Assembly: GCA_963924565.1 (NCBI GenBank)
Contig: OZ004611.1
Coordinates: 19,654,001-19,718,000, forward strand
Reading direction: 5' to 3'
DNA: 64,000 nt
Source of the DNA: Ascidiella aspersa
Taxonomy: Eukaryota
The notes under the pieces are model-generated. The model did no database searches. It was given only the letters and a program-made list of their open reading frames with translations, and was not told the origin of the DNA. Position numbers and translations under genes: made by a program. Positions 1 through 10,949 of this stretch are shown one piece after another (within the stretch, counting starts at the first letter, position 1; the number at the start of each line of letters is the position of its first letter).

Positions 1-159
1 TGTGTGCCCAATGCTGAAAGCCTCCTGAATTTACAGTTTAGCGCCAATTCAACCACTTAAACTCAATTTTTTTTGCGCTTAGCGCGACCGAAACCAATCT
101 TTATTATATTCAAGTTGTCTCAGTGATATTTCATTATAGAAGGCCGAATTGCGTTTTGT

Positions 160-223
160 AGGGGGTGCAAGCCATAGGAAAATTACCAAAGGTGCGCGGC
201 TGAAAAAAGGCTAAGAACCGCTG
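160..223. mobile_element. Right end of a Charlie-type MITE (left end not identified)
   Basis: AAAAAAGGCTAAGAACCGCTG|GTCTA resembles the right end of the 14290-14605 element. Confidence 0.5.
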
Positions 224-3200
224 GTCTATCGCATACAGGTGGTTCTCAGCAGATGCTTTTATTTTTCTTTATTATTCTTTAAATTTAGATAACCATAAGG
301 CGAAATAAGCTATTATAATGCCGAAGAGGAAAACTCGGTTTACTGATGGGCTACGCCAGAAGTATCCTTGTTTCAGAAAAGGACGTATTAATTTCGAAGT
401 TGAATGCATTACTTTTGGATATGGCACATTTTTCTCAAACGTAACAATTCTACTTTCGCTTTACTAGCAGGCAAAAAATGTCCTGTTTTTGGGTGCTGAA
501 AATATGGTAGCCCTAGTGTTAGCAAATCCCTGGAAACTCACCGAAATATTTCCAGGTGGGGTCAATTTATGGCATTTTTTTTATTTAGCCTATTGTTATT
601 TGTTAATATTATCAACAAGGCCTACCAATACAGTTAGGATTCATTGGAATTGACTTTTAGTTATATTTTTATTATCACTTTATTTGGTGTTGCAACAACA
701 AAACGTAAACCCACAGTGTCAACATACTGAAGTTTGTTTAATTTTTGTAATAGGGGCTTCTTAAATGGGGAAATGTAGGAAACCCAGAATAACACCGAAA
801 TATTTGAGGTGTTTTACATGATAATACTAAAAGAAACAGAATAAAAAATAATAACAAGAAGGCAACTGGTGTATGCCAAAATGGTATGACCCATTAGCTA
901 TCAACACAGAAAGAATATTAGATGCAATGTATCTAATGTAAAAAAGAACACAACACCACGTACCAAGACAGCCACTCTTTAAATGTGACATATCCACATA
1001 ACCTCGCACTTACCCTATTAATTTAAAAATATTTATTTTTGCTTATTACAACAAATTCGTTGTAAGATTCTGTGAAATCGTTTTAAACAGTTTTAGTTTT
1101 AAACTTATGTAGTGTAGCAGATGGAGTTAAACTTGTTTTAATCGTTGTGGTAAAAATTGATTAATTTAAAAAAAAACGTATTCTTCCTGTCCCATCTTTC
1201 GAATCACACTGTCCCATCATTGAAACTCTGGTATCTAAAGACGGAACAAAATAACGTTTTTTCTAAGACGATTTATAAAAAAGGTAAAAAGCTAGAGTCA
1301 AAGTTCCAAGTGTGCTTCAAGCGTTTATGGCAGAGGTATCAAGTAGGCATGAAATTATTTAAAATCGTAGTTATAAGTGAGAACTACAAACAGTTTAAAA
1401 AAAGTGTCCCATCACGGGCAACCTTTTTTCCGCTCAGCATGATGGAAAATGTTTAATTGGTTTAGGCCCTTGGCAATGTCTCCACGTGTGTTTATGCTTC
1501 TTAATTATTTTCCCGCGTTTGTTTACGAAAGCTTAGTGAGATTGCACGTCGCTGTTGCCTTTTCGCTAACCTTGCCAGTCTCGCCCAAGATTAGTCCTTC
1601 TAAAAAAAGGGAATAAATTATTGAAGAAAATTTCTTCCGATTCTTTGACGTTTCAACCGCTTCCAATTACTTTTCCCAATTGTGGGGCCACGCGGGTTCA
1701 ATACAGCATAAACAAACCTTAACGGATAAATAATAGGGGCGTTTGCTTTGTCTGTATATGTATGCAATGCTCTTCAATTCAACAAAAATTAATTTGCTGT
1801 TTTTGCGGCAAATTAAGTTTTCAATAGTTTGTATTTGGTGATAAACAAACATTTTATCCTATCCAGAAGTATTTATTAACTATTCAGGTCGCTTGCTGTG
1901 TTTCGAAATTTGATTATAGTTTAAGATTTCAAAAAGATGTTCGGAAGATCAACTTAGTTAAAACTGCTCTCGTTTCCTCAAGTTAGTGAGCTTACACGAG
2001 CAAAGTTTACGCTTTGTTTAACATACCTCCGTATATGGTCGCTGCAAGTGTGTTTTTTGTAAAAATATGTAAATTGTAGCAGACCCTGGTCACGGTTTTA
2101 AGGAAAAGCTTTTCGTCAACTCAAAATGTTGCGGATCGCCCTTTCACGTTTATTCGTTTCACTGGAGGCTTGAGCCGATTTGTTCGGCGAACGGAACGCC
2201 CTGCACACATAACCCTACCACTAATCAAAGCGCCCGCTGGTCGTAGGCTTTTGTGATTTAAAAAACATGTCGGCTAACTTTGCGCCTTAAAAATAGCTAT
2301 GCGATTATACAATTTTCACGACCACTTCGCAATGCTTCCTCCAAACCTCAGTTATTAATCAGTCCTTTGAGCATGTTTTCTTCCATCTTAGTCGGTTAGT
2401 CGGTGAGAGGACTTTACCATGATCTTCTTTAACTGGGCGTGGTATGGCTGATGAAGGCAGCGCAAATACCTGATGAGGCGCAAATTAGTGCTCGTCGTCA
2501 ATGCGGCGTGTCATGTTGCAGAAAGTTCTCAAGCGAATCGCTGCGGCAAAGCACAGCGTCCATTCAGTTTAAGCTGGTTGCATGAAAGAATCCGTGTCCT
2601 TAACAGCCTGTTGCTAAAACGCGTTAGAACTCCGTCCAGAAAAGGTTCTTCGTTGCAAAATCTTGCGCCTATTTCGTGTTTAATAATTGCCAATGCGCTT
2701 CGTATTGTTGGTATAATAATACTGTTGGGTCGGCGGTCTATTGTTAGTTTATTACAGCATTTAATACAAATTTCCATAAATCTACACAGTACAGTTCAGT
2801 GTTTGTACGGAAAAAGTCGCGACCCGGTGGCTGTTTTATTTGGCTGGGTCGTCGACTACCGAAATTTCATGTGGTTATACTTTTATTAATATTGTTTTTA
2901 AGCAAGATTTATAACATATTCAAAAAATCGCGGAAGCAATACGAAGATATAGCTCATATTGAATCAATCCGAGCTCATTTATGCTGACGTCTTATGTTTT
3001 GTTCTACTACAGAAAGTTCAATAGAGAGAATTGTTTTTTTTCGCTGTTACACTTTCGCTTATTATTTGGGCTCCAAAACAAGGTTAAGAAACACTGTTTT
3101 AGGTTAGGCGTTCTGCGACTTGCATTACTCTGCTTAGTTAGAGCAATGTTAGGTTGGTGGGCCTATTGAAATCAGTTGCCTTTTCTCGACTCACTTTTAC

Positions 3201-4016
3201 ATTACTGGTAAACAAAATATTTCAAAAGTCATGTAGGAACGGCAGTCCCAAATATATCCCGCAGTTCGGCAGGAAAATGTTTGTTGGATTATGGCCTCAC
3301 GATCTGTGCTTGATAAAACGTACGGCTTTGTATATATTCATTAAAATACTTTTTTGGTAATTTCGCTCTGAAAAAGGCGTTTGACTTCAGGTCGGTAAAC
3401 AGTACCAAATTTGGTTGCGCGTTTACTTAACATGAATATTTTATACATCTTTGAAGCTATTACTTTGGAAGATATTAGCAAACACGGGCACCCGTTTCGA
3501 GAATGCTTCGCTGCTACTCCCAAAAGTTTTCACAAAAGCATTTGGAGTAAGCATTTGCCATAAAACAAATAGCGATAAAGTAAATTCATGATGAAAGCGA
3601 TGAAGTAAATTTCGTGACGAAATGAACTAAAATACAACGTCAGAATCGACGTGTTAAAAACAAAAAGGCAAACGTAAAAAACAAAATAAAATAGAGCGTC
3701 TTGTATGCAGAACTTTATTCATCACTCTGCTATCGATAAATTATTATGTTGATTTAATTATGTCGTGCACTCTTATTTTAAACTATGTGTAATCTTACAA
3801 ACATAACTAGGATACGTTATCCAGTAAAATTCAGGGCTAAAAATACAACTCAACTATACTATTTTTAAAAAAGAAAAAAAAGAGTGTTGATGTTTCTACA
3901 AGACCGTGTTGCGATAAGATATATTTTTTAGTCAGGGTTCTGGTATTAAAAGGCATAAAAATCTGGTTAGAGTTTTGTCGTGTTATAGTATCTTCAAAAA
4001 GACAATTTGCCAATAC

Positions 4017-4191
4017 GTAATAAGAATATCACAGCCCATACAGAAGTAGGTATCATTTTAAACGTTTCGAATCACTCTTGATTCATTTCCAACAGTTATT
4101 CGAAACGTTTAAAATGATACCTACTTCTATATGGGATTTGATATTCTTATTACGTCTTACTACAACCTTCAACTATTATGCTCCGAAATTA
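4017..4191. mobile_element. Short retroelement fragment, family A (Penelope-like), fold-back copy
   Basis: 62-bp inverted arms 4015-4076 and 4094-4155; flanked by direct repeat GCCAATAC (4009-4016, 4192-4199); homologous to copies at 32616, 40093 and 49610. Confidence 0.75.
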
Positions 4192-5168
4192 GCCAATACA
4201 AATCAGGATTTCGAATATATTTTTAACGAAGAAATTAATATCTACAAGACTGACTCACCAATAAATGAAAAAATGATATCACCAGTCACCAGTGCTAAAC
4301 GAACGCTTGAAGATGTTACGTGGCATTGTCAAATAAACCTGGAGAAAATCCCCCTTTAAAATATGAATACACGACTGGACATTTCCTCGGTCGCCTTAAT
4401 CGTTATTTGCATAATTAAACCGACGTTTCCTGTACTTTACAATGATCAATACGCCGCGCTTTCCAATAAACTGGTCACCGTCATTTTCAGGTTGGCAATA
4501 AACGGTTCTCAGGAGGCGTTTGTTGGTAATTTCGCGTACGCTGCCGGTGATTTGCATCTCGATAACTTGCACGCGTAATCCCGACGGCTTTCGGCAATCT
4601 GTCGCGAGTTAAGAGGATACCCGGGCCGTCCGAAATTGCCAATTAAGAGCAATCCGGCGTATTTGCTTGATGAAGCTTTACGTCGATCTCCTTGTTTGTT
4701 CCTGTAATGACTGCTTTCTAATCGATCAAGTTGCACTTTGCAAACGTTGATCATAACCGAAACCAGCGGGCTTGCAAATTGATCTGCAATCTATGAATCG
4801 AACGACGTGACAGCGATCTTTCTGTAACATGACGCGGCGCCAAGTTTCAAAAAACTTGTGCTCTCTAGGCTACTATTGCGTTGCCACGGAAAATAGTGAA
4901 TATAAAATGGAACTTGAAAGCATCATGCGAGACTATCCTGATTATGCGGCGCAAAGTGTATTACTTGTTCAGCCTAATTTGTAATGTAGATACGTATTGT
5001 ATCCACAGCAAAAGTGGCTTCTCGCAATACAAAAATACATGAATGAATAACTGACGTATTGTTCGCCGTGTGAGCAAATTTCTCGATAAGCATCTTGGGC
5101 CCATCGTCACCTGACAATCTACGGTAATTGCGGGATTGTGAAAGTGTCAAATCGAACTATGAGAAGCG

Positions 5169-5214
5169 ACAAACTGCAGTAGTTCATATGTCACAAACTG
5201 CAGTAGTTCATATG
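5169..5214. repeat. 24-bp tandem duplication
   Basis: ACAAACTGCAGTAGTTCATATG twice. Confidence 0.85.
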
Positions 5215-8200
5215 GTTAGATCTATTGTAATTGGTTCTGAGCAAGATTTCTCAGAACTTTAAGAAAATTGCGGAAGCAAAGTGAAAACATGGTTCATGTT
5301 AATTAAATTCAAATTTATTAACGCCATTTCTCGTAGGGTAAACGTTCAGTTAAAACGAATCGGGCTGCTAAAGCTTCGCTGCAGTACTTTTACTTATCGT
5401 ATTTGGGTCGCCGCGAAATAAAATATTAAGAACCACTTGACTATATATACAGCAACTGGGTTGATAACTATAGGTACACCACGTTACACGCCATGCCAAA
5501 ACAATATCTTTCTAATAAGTCAACTACATCGATAAAAATTGCTTTTCACTGTGTAATGCGTATAGTTTTCAAAAAGGCGTGTCGCCTCCCAATATAGGAG
5601 ACGTCCGTCCATAAAGCGAGTGCATTCTCCGACCCGGAATACTTTCTCGATGCGTCACGACTATAGAGATAATTGATCGCGTTGTAGCGAGTGCTTAATG
5701 ACGACTCTGCGGCCAGCTGCTATCAAACTGCGTCTGTCGCTTCATCTGACTGATGCTAGGCGAAACGAATTCCCGAGGCTATTAATCAGACTCAACGTCG
5801 ATTATTTGCACAGTTGATGTATATTGAATTTGCAAAGGCGAATGAATCTGTTTTTTTTCTAGTGATTAACTTCAGTGTCCATTTACGTATTCTGCGATAA
5901 TATTAATCTTATATTAACCACTGAAGACGAAATATATGTTCTATTATCATTTCAGAGTTCGAATTATTATATTTTGGTCATTAGTTTGTTAATATATTGT
6001 TTTATTTTTATCCAGTTTATGCATTATGAAAATCATTAATGGGGTGGGAAATAGCAAGTGAGCCTCGATTTTTTGTTTACAGATTACATGACATTCGTAC
6101 GGTGGAAAAGAGTCGTTGTGTTAAAAAAGTAAACTATTGCTGTTAAGATTTATAAAAAGCAACAAGTTTGTTTTGAAAGTCACGTCGTAGATAAGGCACT
6201 ACTACAAAATACCTCAGAAATCACTGTCAGTCGTAATCCGTCACCGGACATGATCGACGCTGACAGCGCAAAATCAAATCCAGAGCAGGCGGGAATCCAT
6301 GCAGCGAGATGCAAATGACGAGGCATGACTGTCTTTGTCAACACAACCAAGGCGCGCTATTGGTCGAGCGAGAGGGAAAGAGAGGCAAAGACGTGGAGGC
6401 CGCGTAGCGTCACTATGCAATGCGGCTCAGATCCGAATTGCGGCGGTATTGCTTCCCGTATGGCAAAGCAGAAAAACGCGCAGTCGCTTTGCTCGTACTT
6501 GCCTTGTCGCGATAAGACCGGCGCCAGATGATGAAGCAGGCCAGTGCTGTCATTCGGACGAGGCTAGAGACTTGTACGGTTTGTCAAAGAGATCGGTTTA
6601 AGGTGCAATAGGCAAACAAATCGCAGACCCTATCCTTGCATTTAAACACAAAGGGCGCTTACAGATGTACAGCAAGAAGGGAGAACTTTTTGTCAAATTG
6701 CGAATTTTCTGCCGTCACTCACTGTAGTAAAGCAAGGTCAGTAGTTAGATAAATTGTTTGCGTATTTTCAATTTTTAGAAAGGTACTGGCCCCTGAAGAA
6801 ACTTTTATTGTGTGTAACTTAACTATAACAGTGTGTTTAACACGACATGCGGCTAACGTTGGTAAGCGATGGTTTTAGCGTTATTTCGAGTCAGTCTCCG
6901 CGAAATTAGATCTTATATTAAACGTTTATGTGTATTTAAATAACCAAGTGTGGGTAACTTGTTACATTAAAACCGAGCATGTGGCCACCACATTTTAGCT
7001 GCCCACTGATAACACTTCATGCAACAAGTCAAGGCGTGCTGTTACTCAACCACACAAGCACGAATTCTTGAATAGCCACATTGCATGGCGTTTGTTAGGT
7101 CACTATGACACTGAATAAGTAGGAATGTAGACTTCCAGTGTGAGGAATGTATGCAATACTTTCAGCGATTTTTGCTTAGTTGCCTCGAGAAACAGTATAA
7201 AGAACGGCTTTCAGTAGCAACTGTTTAGACAAAATTATAACGAGTTAATTTGTGCATAGTATCGTCCGTGATTTTTTGGATTAGTCTACTTGAATTAATT
7301 AGCTGAACACTAATGTTCGCCAAAATAGCCAAAATAGGCTGTAGCGCGTAGTTCTAAAAAAGATTTTAGTTTTGTAGTCTGTAAAAGGCAAGAACCGCAT
7401 GTTTGCGACTAACTCATTCGTTTATTTACTGCTGTCACTTGGCATGCCTTCCGTCCATAGAAAATTAATGATTGCCGGGAAGGCAAACAGTTGAGTTTGC
7501 TGACGGCAGTTTTCTGACAATATGGAGGCAATCGGTTGGTCGGCGCCTCCATCAAGATAACTTATCTATTTTATGTGGTGTGGTATAACCTCTTGTTTAT
7601 AGGTTCGATACTGTCTTGTTGTCTACCTATATGGTGCGAAAATATCACTATAGTTTGTTTCGTTTTTGGCGGAATGCATTGCATTCAACCTTCATACAAT
7701 TTAAGTTTTGCCCTAAAGTAATTTCCCCGGTGTACTTCTGGGCTTTTAAATTGACGCAACATACTTTTTATAACCGATGTGTCGCGAAACTCAATCGAGG
7801 TGAAAAGTATCGAAATTGTCGTTACCCCATTGGCCGTTTTCGACTTTTATTTTGGTCGCGTGTCCTAAATATTGTTTTTGAAATATTACATTTTTTGTCG
7901 ATGAAAAATTGTGAATTGTAAGCTGTTGTAGCATACTCGTTAAATGTTTCATAACTTTTGCTCTCAAATAGACGGGACGCAGCAGATACAGATGGTTGAA
8001 ATCACTCGTATCGCCAAAAGGGAATTCCAACAAATACGTTTCTAAAGCAAATAGGGTCATTTCCTCAATTTTTCGAGATACTCAATAGCCAGAGATACAA
8101 ACGCTCATTGGTCGGTGTGGGATATTTTCACTTTGGTAAAGTTGAACATCATACAATTTGAAAGTTGTTTGCCTTCAGCAACAAATTTTGGTTGGAGGAT

Positions 8201-9245
8201 TTGTCTATTAGCTGAACCGTATGTTATCTTGTATTTGGTCTACAACAACATAGTTTTACTTTAATACAGCCAACCAAATAACAATAAATAAAACGAAAAT
8301 AAGTCAGCCGCAATTCTTAACAAATAAAACCAGAGGTATAGGCTTATACATATTTAATTCACTTTGTTTGTAATTCCTACTATATTTCCTGATTAACACC
8401 GCACGTTTACAGCCTTAATATTAAAATTAGCACTGCAATGACATTCACGATTTATTTGCATACTGTTTTTTATTGTAAACATGGCACCGCTTTGACAGTT
8501 AAATAGCTTGTATAAGTTTTATAAAAAGTCGAATAACTTCCATAATTGCGTTTATAATTTTGCCGGCTCACCATTACCTTTGTAACAAGAAAAGCTGATT
8601 TAAACATGCCGTTAAGTGTGACAATAAATCGAATTATAACTTTCTACGTTGTGCAGAGTCGATGTGTGTTGTTCTAGTTCCGTTTATTGTTTCATTATAG
8701 TGAATTATCTACGGAAAAATCGTATATGGGTGTCGCAATCTTTTCAGTTATTTCTTAGGAGTGCCACTGGCCATAAAAGACTGAAAAACACTGTGTTAGC
8801 CGAAAACGTCGCAACAAAATTAATACCTCTCGTTCCCAGATGCATAGTTTTGTTTGTAAGTTGTTTCTTTTTACCAATAAGTATTTTGCAAGCAATCTTT
8901 AATTATAGCACTGTATCGATGCAAACTGCCACAGCGAAAAAGTTAACGGAAAGCGTTACCACGCAAGCCTCTGCGAAGAAGAGGCGCGGTTAGTAATCAT
9001 TCCGGAGCCACCTTATGCGACGCGCAAATTGGGCGACAAGGGACTTTGGCTTATCTGCCCTTTAAAACCGATGGTGGCCGGTTTGTTTTACCTGGTCTCT
9101 TGGCTAAGCCGTGCGGTAAACTGGCGACAAGTTGCCAAATTAACCGCGAGCGCGCGTCGTTCTCCTGTGGCATTGTGGCGATTGGAAAAGGCCAGAAAAG
9201 TTTACCTTGCATTATTCACCAGCAACGAATGAGCCCTAAAGCGTT

Positions 9246-9377
9246 TGCGCCCGGCTAGGATGCGGCTTCGACCGGAAGTCAGAAGACGCTTTGAGCAAAA
9301 CGACAGACACGCATTTATCTCATCGAAATTTTTTGCACATTTGCACCCGACACTACAGGATTAGAATGCCGTGTGCA
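9246..9377. promoter_or_regulatory. Cluster of three metal-response elements (TGCRCNC, MTF-1 sites) about 1.5 kb upstream of the ZnT start codon
   Basis: TGCGCCCGG at 9246 (+), TGCACCC at 9342 (+), TGCACACGG at 9377-9369 (-). Confidence 0.55.
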
Positions 9378-10842
9378 ACTTCTCGACGTTTTTTATGTGA
9401 CATTTGGCCTTTCGCTTATTCGAGTCATGTTATCGCAATCAATTCTTGTGTCAATGGCCGTCTTTTGGAAATATCCAATGTATGGAGTAAATTAGGCTTT
9501 TTGTAATATTTTGGGCAAAAAATTCGTAGTCTGTTAATTCAAGAATCACATTGTTGTCAACAATCCTGCTATTATAGCAGCTTGTCTTTTGGTATAACTT
9601 GAAGAATATCGCTTTGCATCTGCTTGCTTTAAACGGTTGGACTTGTCAGTTTAAAAGTATATTTTTTCGGAAATGTTAAAAGTTGCCGTTATAAGATCGT
9701 GTGGTCAAGTGGTGTAGTGAGCAAATACTTTTAATTAAAAGTCCAACATAAGCTGATTTGCTAGAAACAAAACTAATAAAATACAAATATAAAAATGAGC
9801 GTTTAGATATAGATTTTACTTTTAAATGAACGCTTAGTGTAATTCAGTTAAGCATTGTTTTTTAAAATAAATACATAGAAAGTGAAGTTATGTGTAGTTT
9901 TAAATTAATTGTTAATCTACCACTTGATCGCTGCTACTGTGAAAGTGTAACAGCATATGTGCGATAATAAATTGACGTCTCTTTAAACGACGTATTATAG
10001 GTTAGCCTTCATTGTACAAATACTAAAGGTCGTACTCATTTTGCTATATGAAAATATTTAATATAAAGTTATAAATTTTTTATCATTGAACCATCTTACT
10101 GTGGATTATTATTATCGATGTCTGTACAACAGTAGTGCTGGCCACTTGTCGTGTAAAGCTGTTTAATAATGTATTTATATTTTGGTGGATTAAACTTAGT
10201 CAGTTATTATGCGTCCAGTAAACGTATCCTGAATTGCCCAAAACAAAACTTTTTTCTTCGGTTATACCTAAAGATTGGTTAGTGACCAAGCAAATGATCA
10301 CGAATTGCTTGCGGTCAACTATTTGCTAATGTTACCCAAAATCATTTGCCCGACGTGTTAAAAAGACACAAAACAAGCTTTTTGTTTCAAACTTTGAACC
10401 ACAAAAGCCCACCCCATACCAGGGTCCTTGTTTAATATAAAAGCCAGATTTTTTTTTGAAAAAGAAAAAAAAGAGAAAAAAAAAAGATTTAAAAAAAAAA
10501 AGAAAATCTGCCACAATATTTCTTATTGAAAAGATCTCAATCCTTCCTTAAATAATTAAGCAACACACTCTTGACGGCACCTATACTTATCCTAAATACA
10601 GAGAAAGTTTTACCCATCAGAGAAAATTTGTGAAAAAACAAGGTGAACGGCAACGATCCTTAGTATAAGTAGCCTACACAACTGGACACCAGCTGGCTTA
10701 GTTTGCTGTTTACGAAATTCTGTGTAGTGCCAAAATAGAAAAAATAATTAGTATTTATTTTGCCAATTCTTTATTTAGAGAATATTTTTTCTTTCGTTTT
10801 AACAACTGCTTGTTGCGCTGCAATTGCCTGGCACCGAGCAAG

Positions 10843-10949
10843 ATGTCGTTTCCCAAACCACAATATATTCAATCCTTCATCGACGAAAAGATGAGAAAGG
10901 GAAAGAACACGGAAAAAACGTCCCTAATCAACGAAGATAGCCTTTCGAG
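10843..10949 (+). CDS. SLC30A2: ZnT coding exon 1 ([35 protein letters not shown])
   Basis: ATG at 10843, donor AG|GTACAG at 10950, phase 2 matches exon 2; contains an ExxxLI motif. Confidence 0.75.

Noticed and set aside
2442-2500. Two CTGATGA hammerhead-core-like motifs
   Set aside because: No downstream GAAA/NUH in the required geometry; looks like a short imperfect duplication.
4078-4359. Short ORFs sharing FETFKMIPTS(I/V)W.LIFLL (also at 32503 and 39847)
   Set aside because: Shared peptide is only the translation of the non-coding family A repeat.
5921-5945. CTGAAGA-C-GAAATATAT, hammerhead-like
   Set aside because: No stem II and no convincing stem I; chance match or dead remnant.
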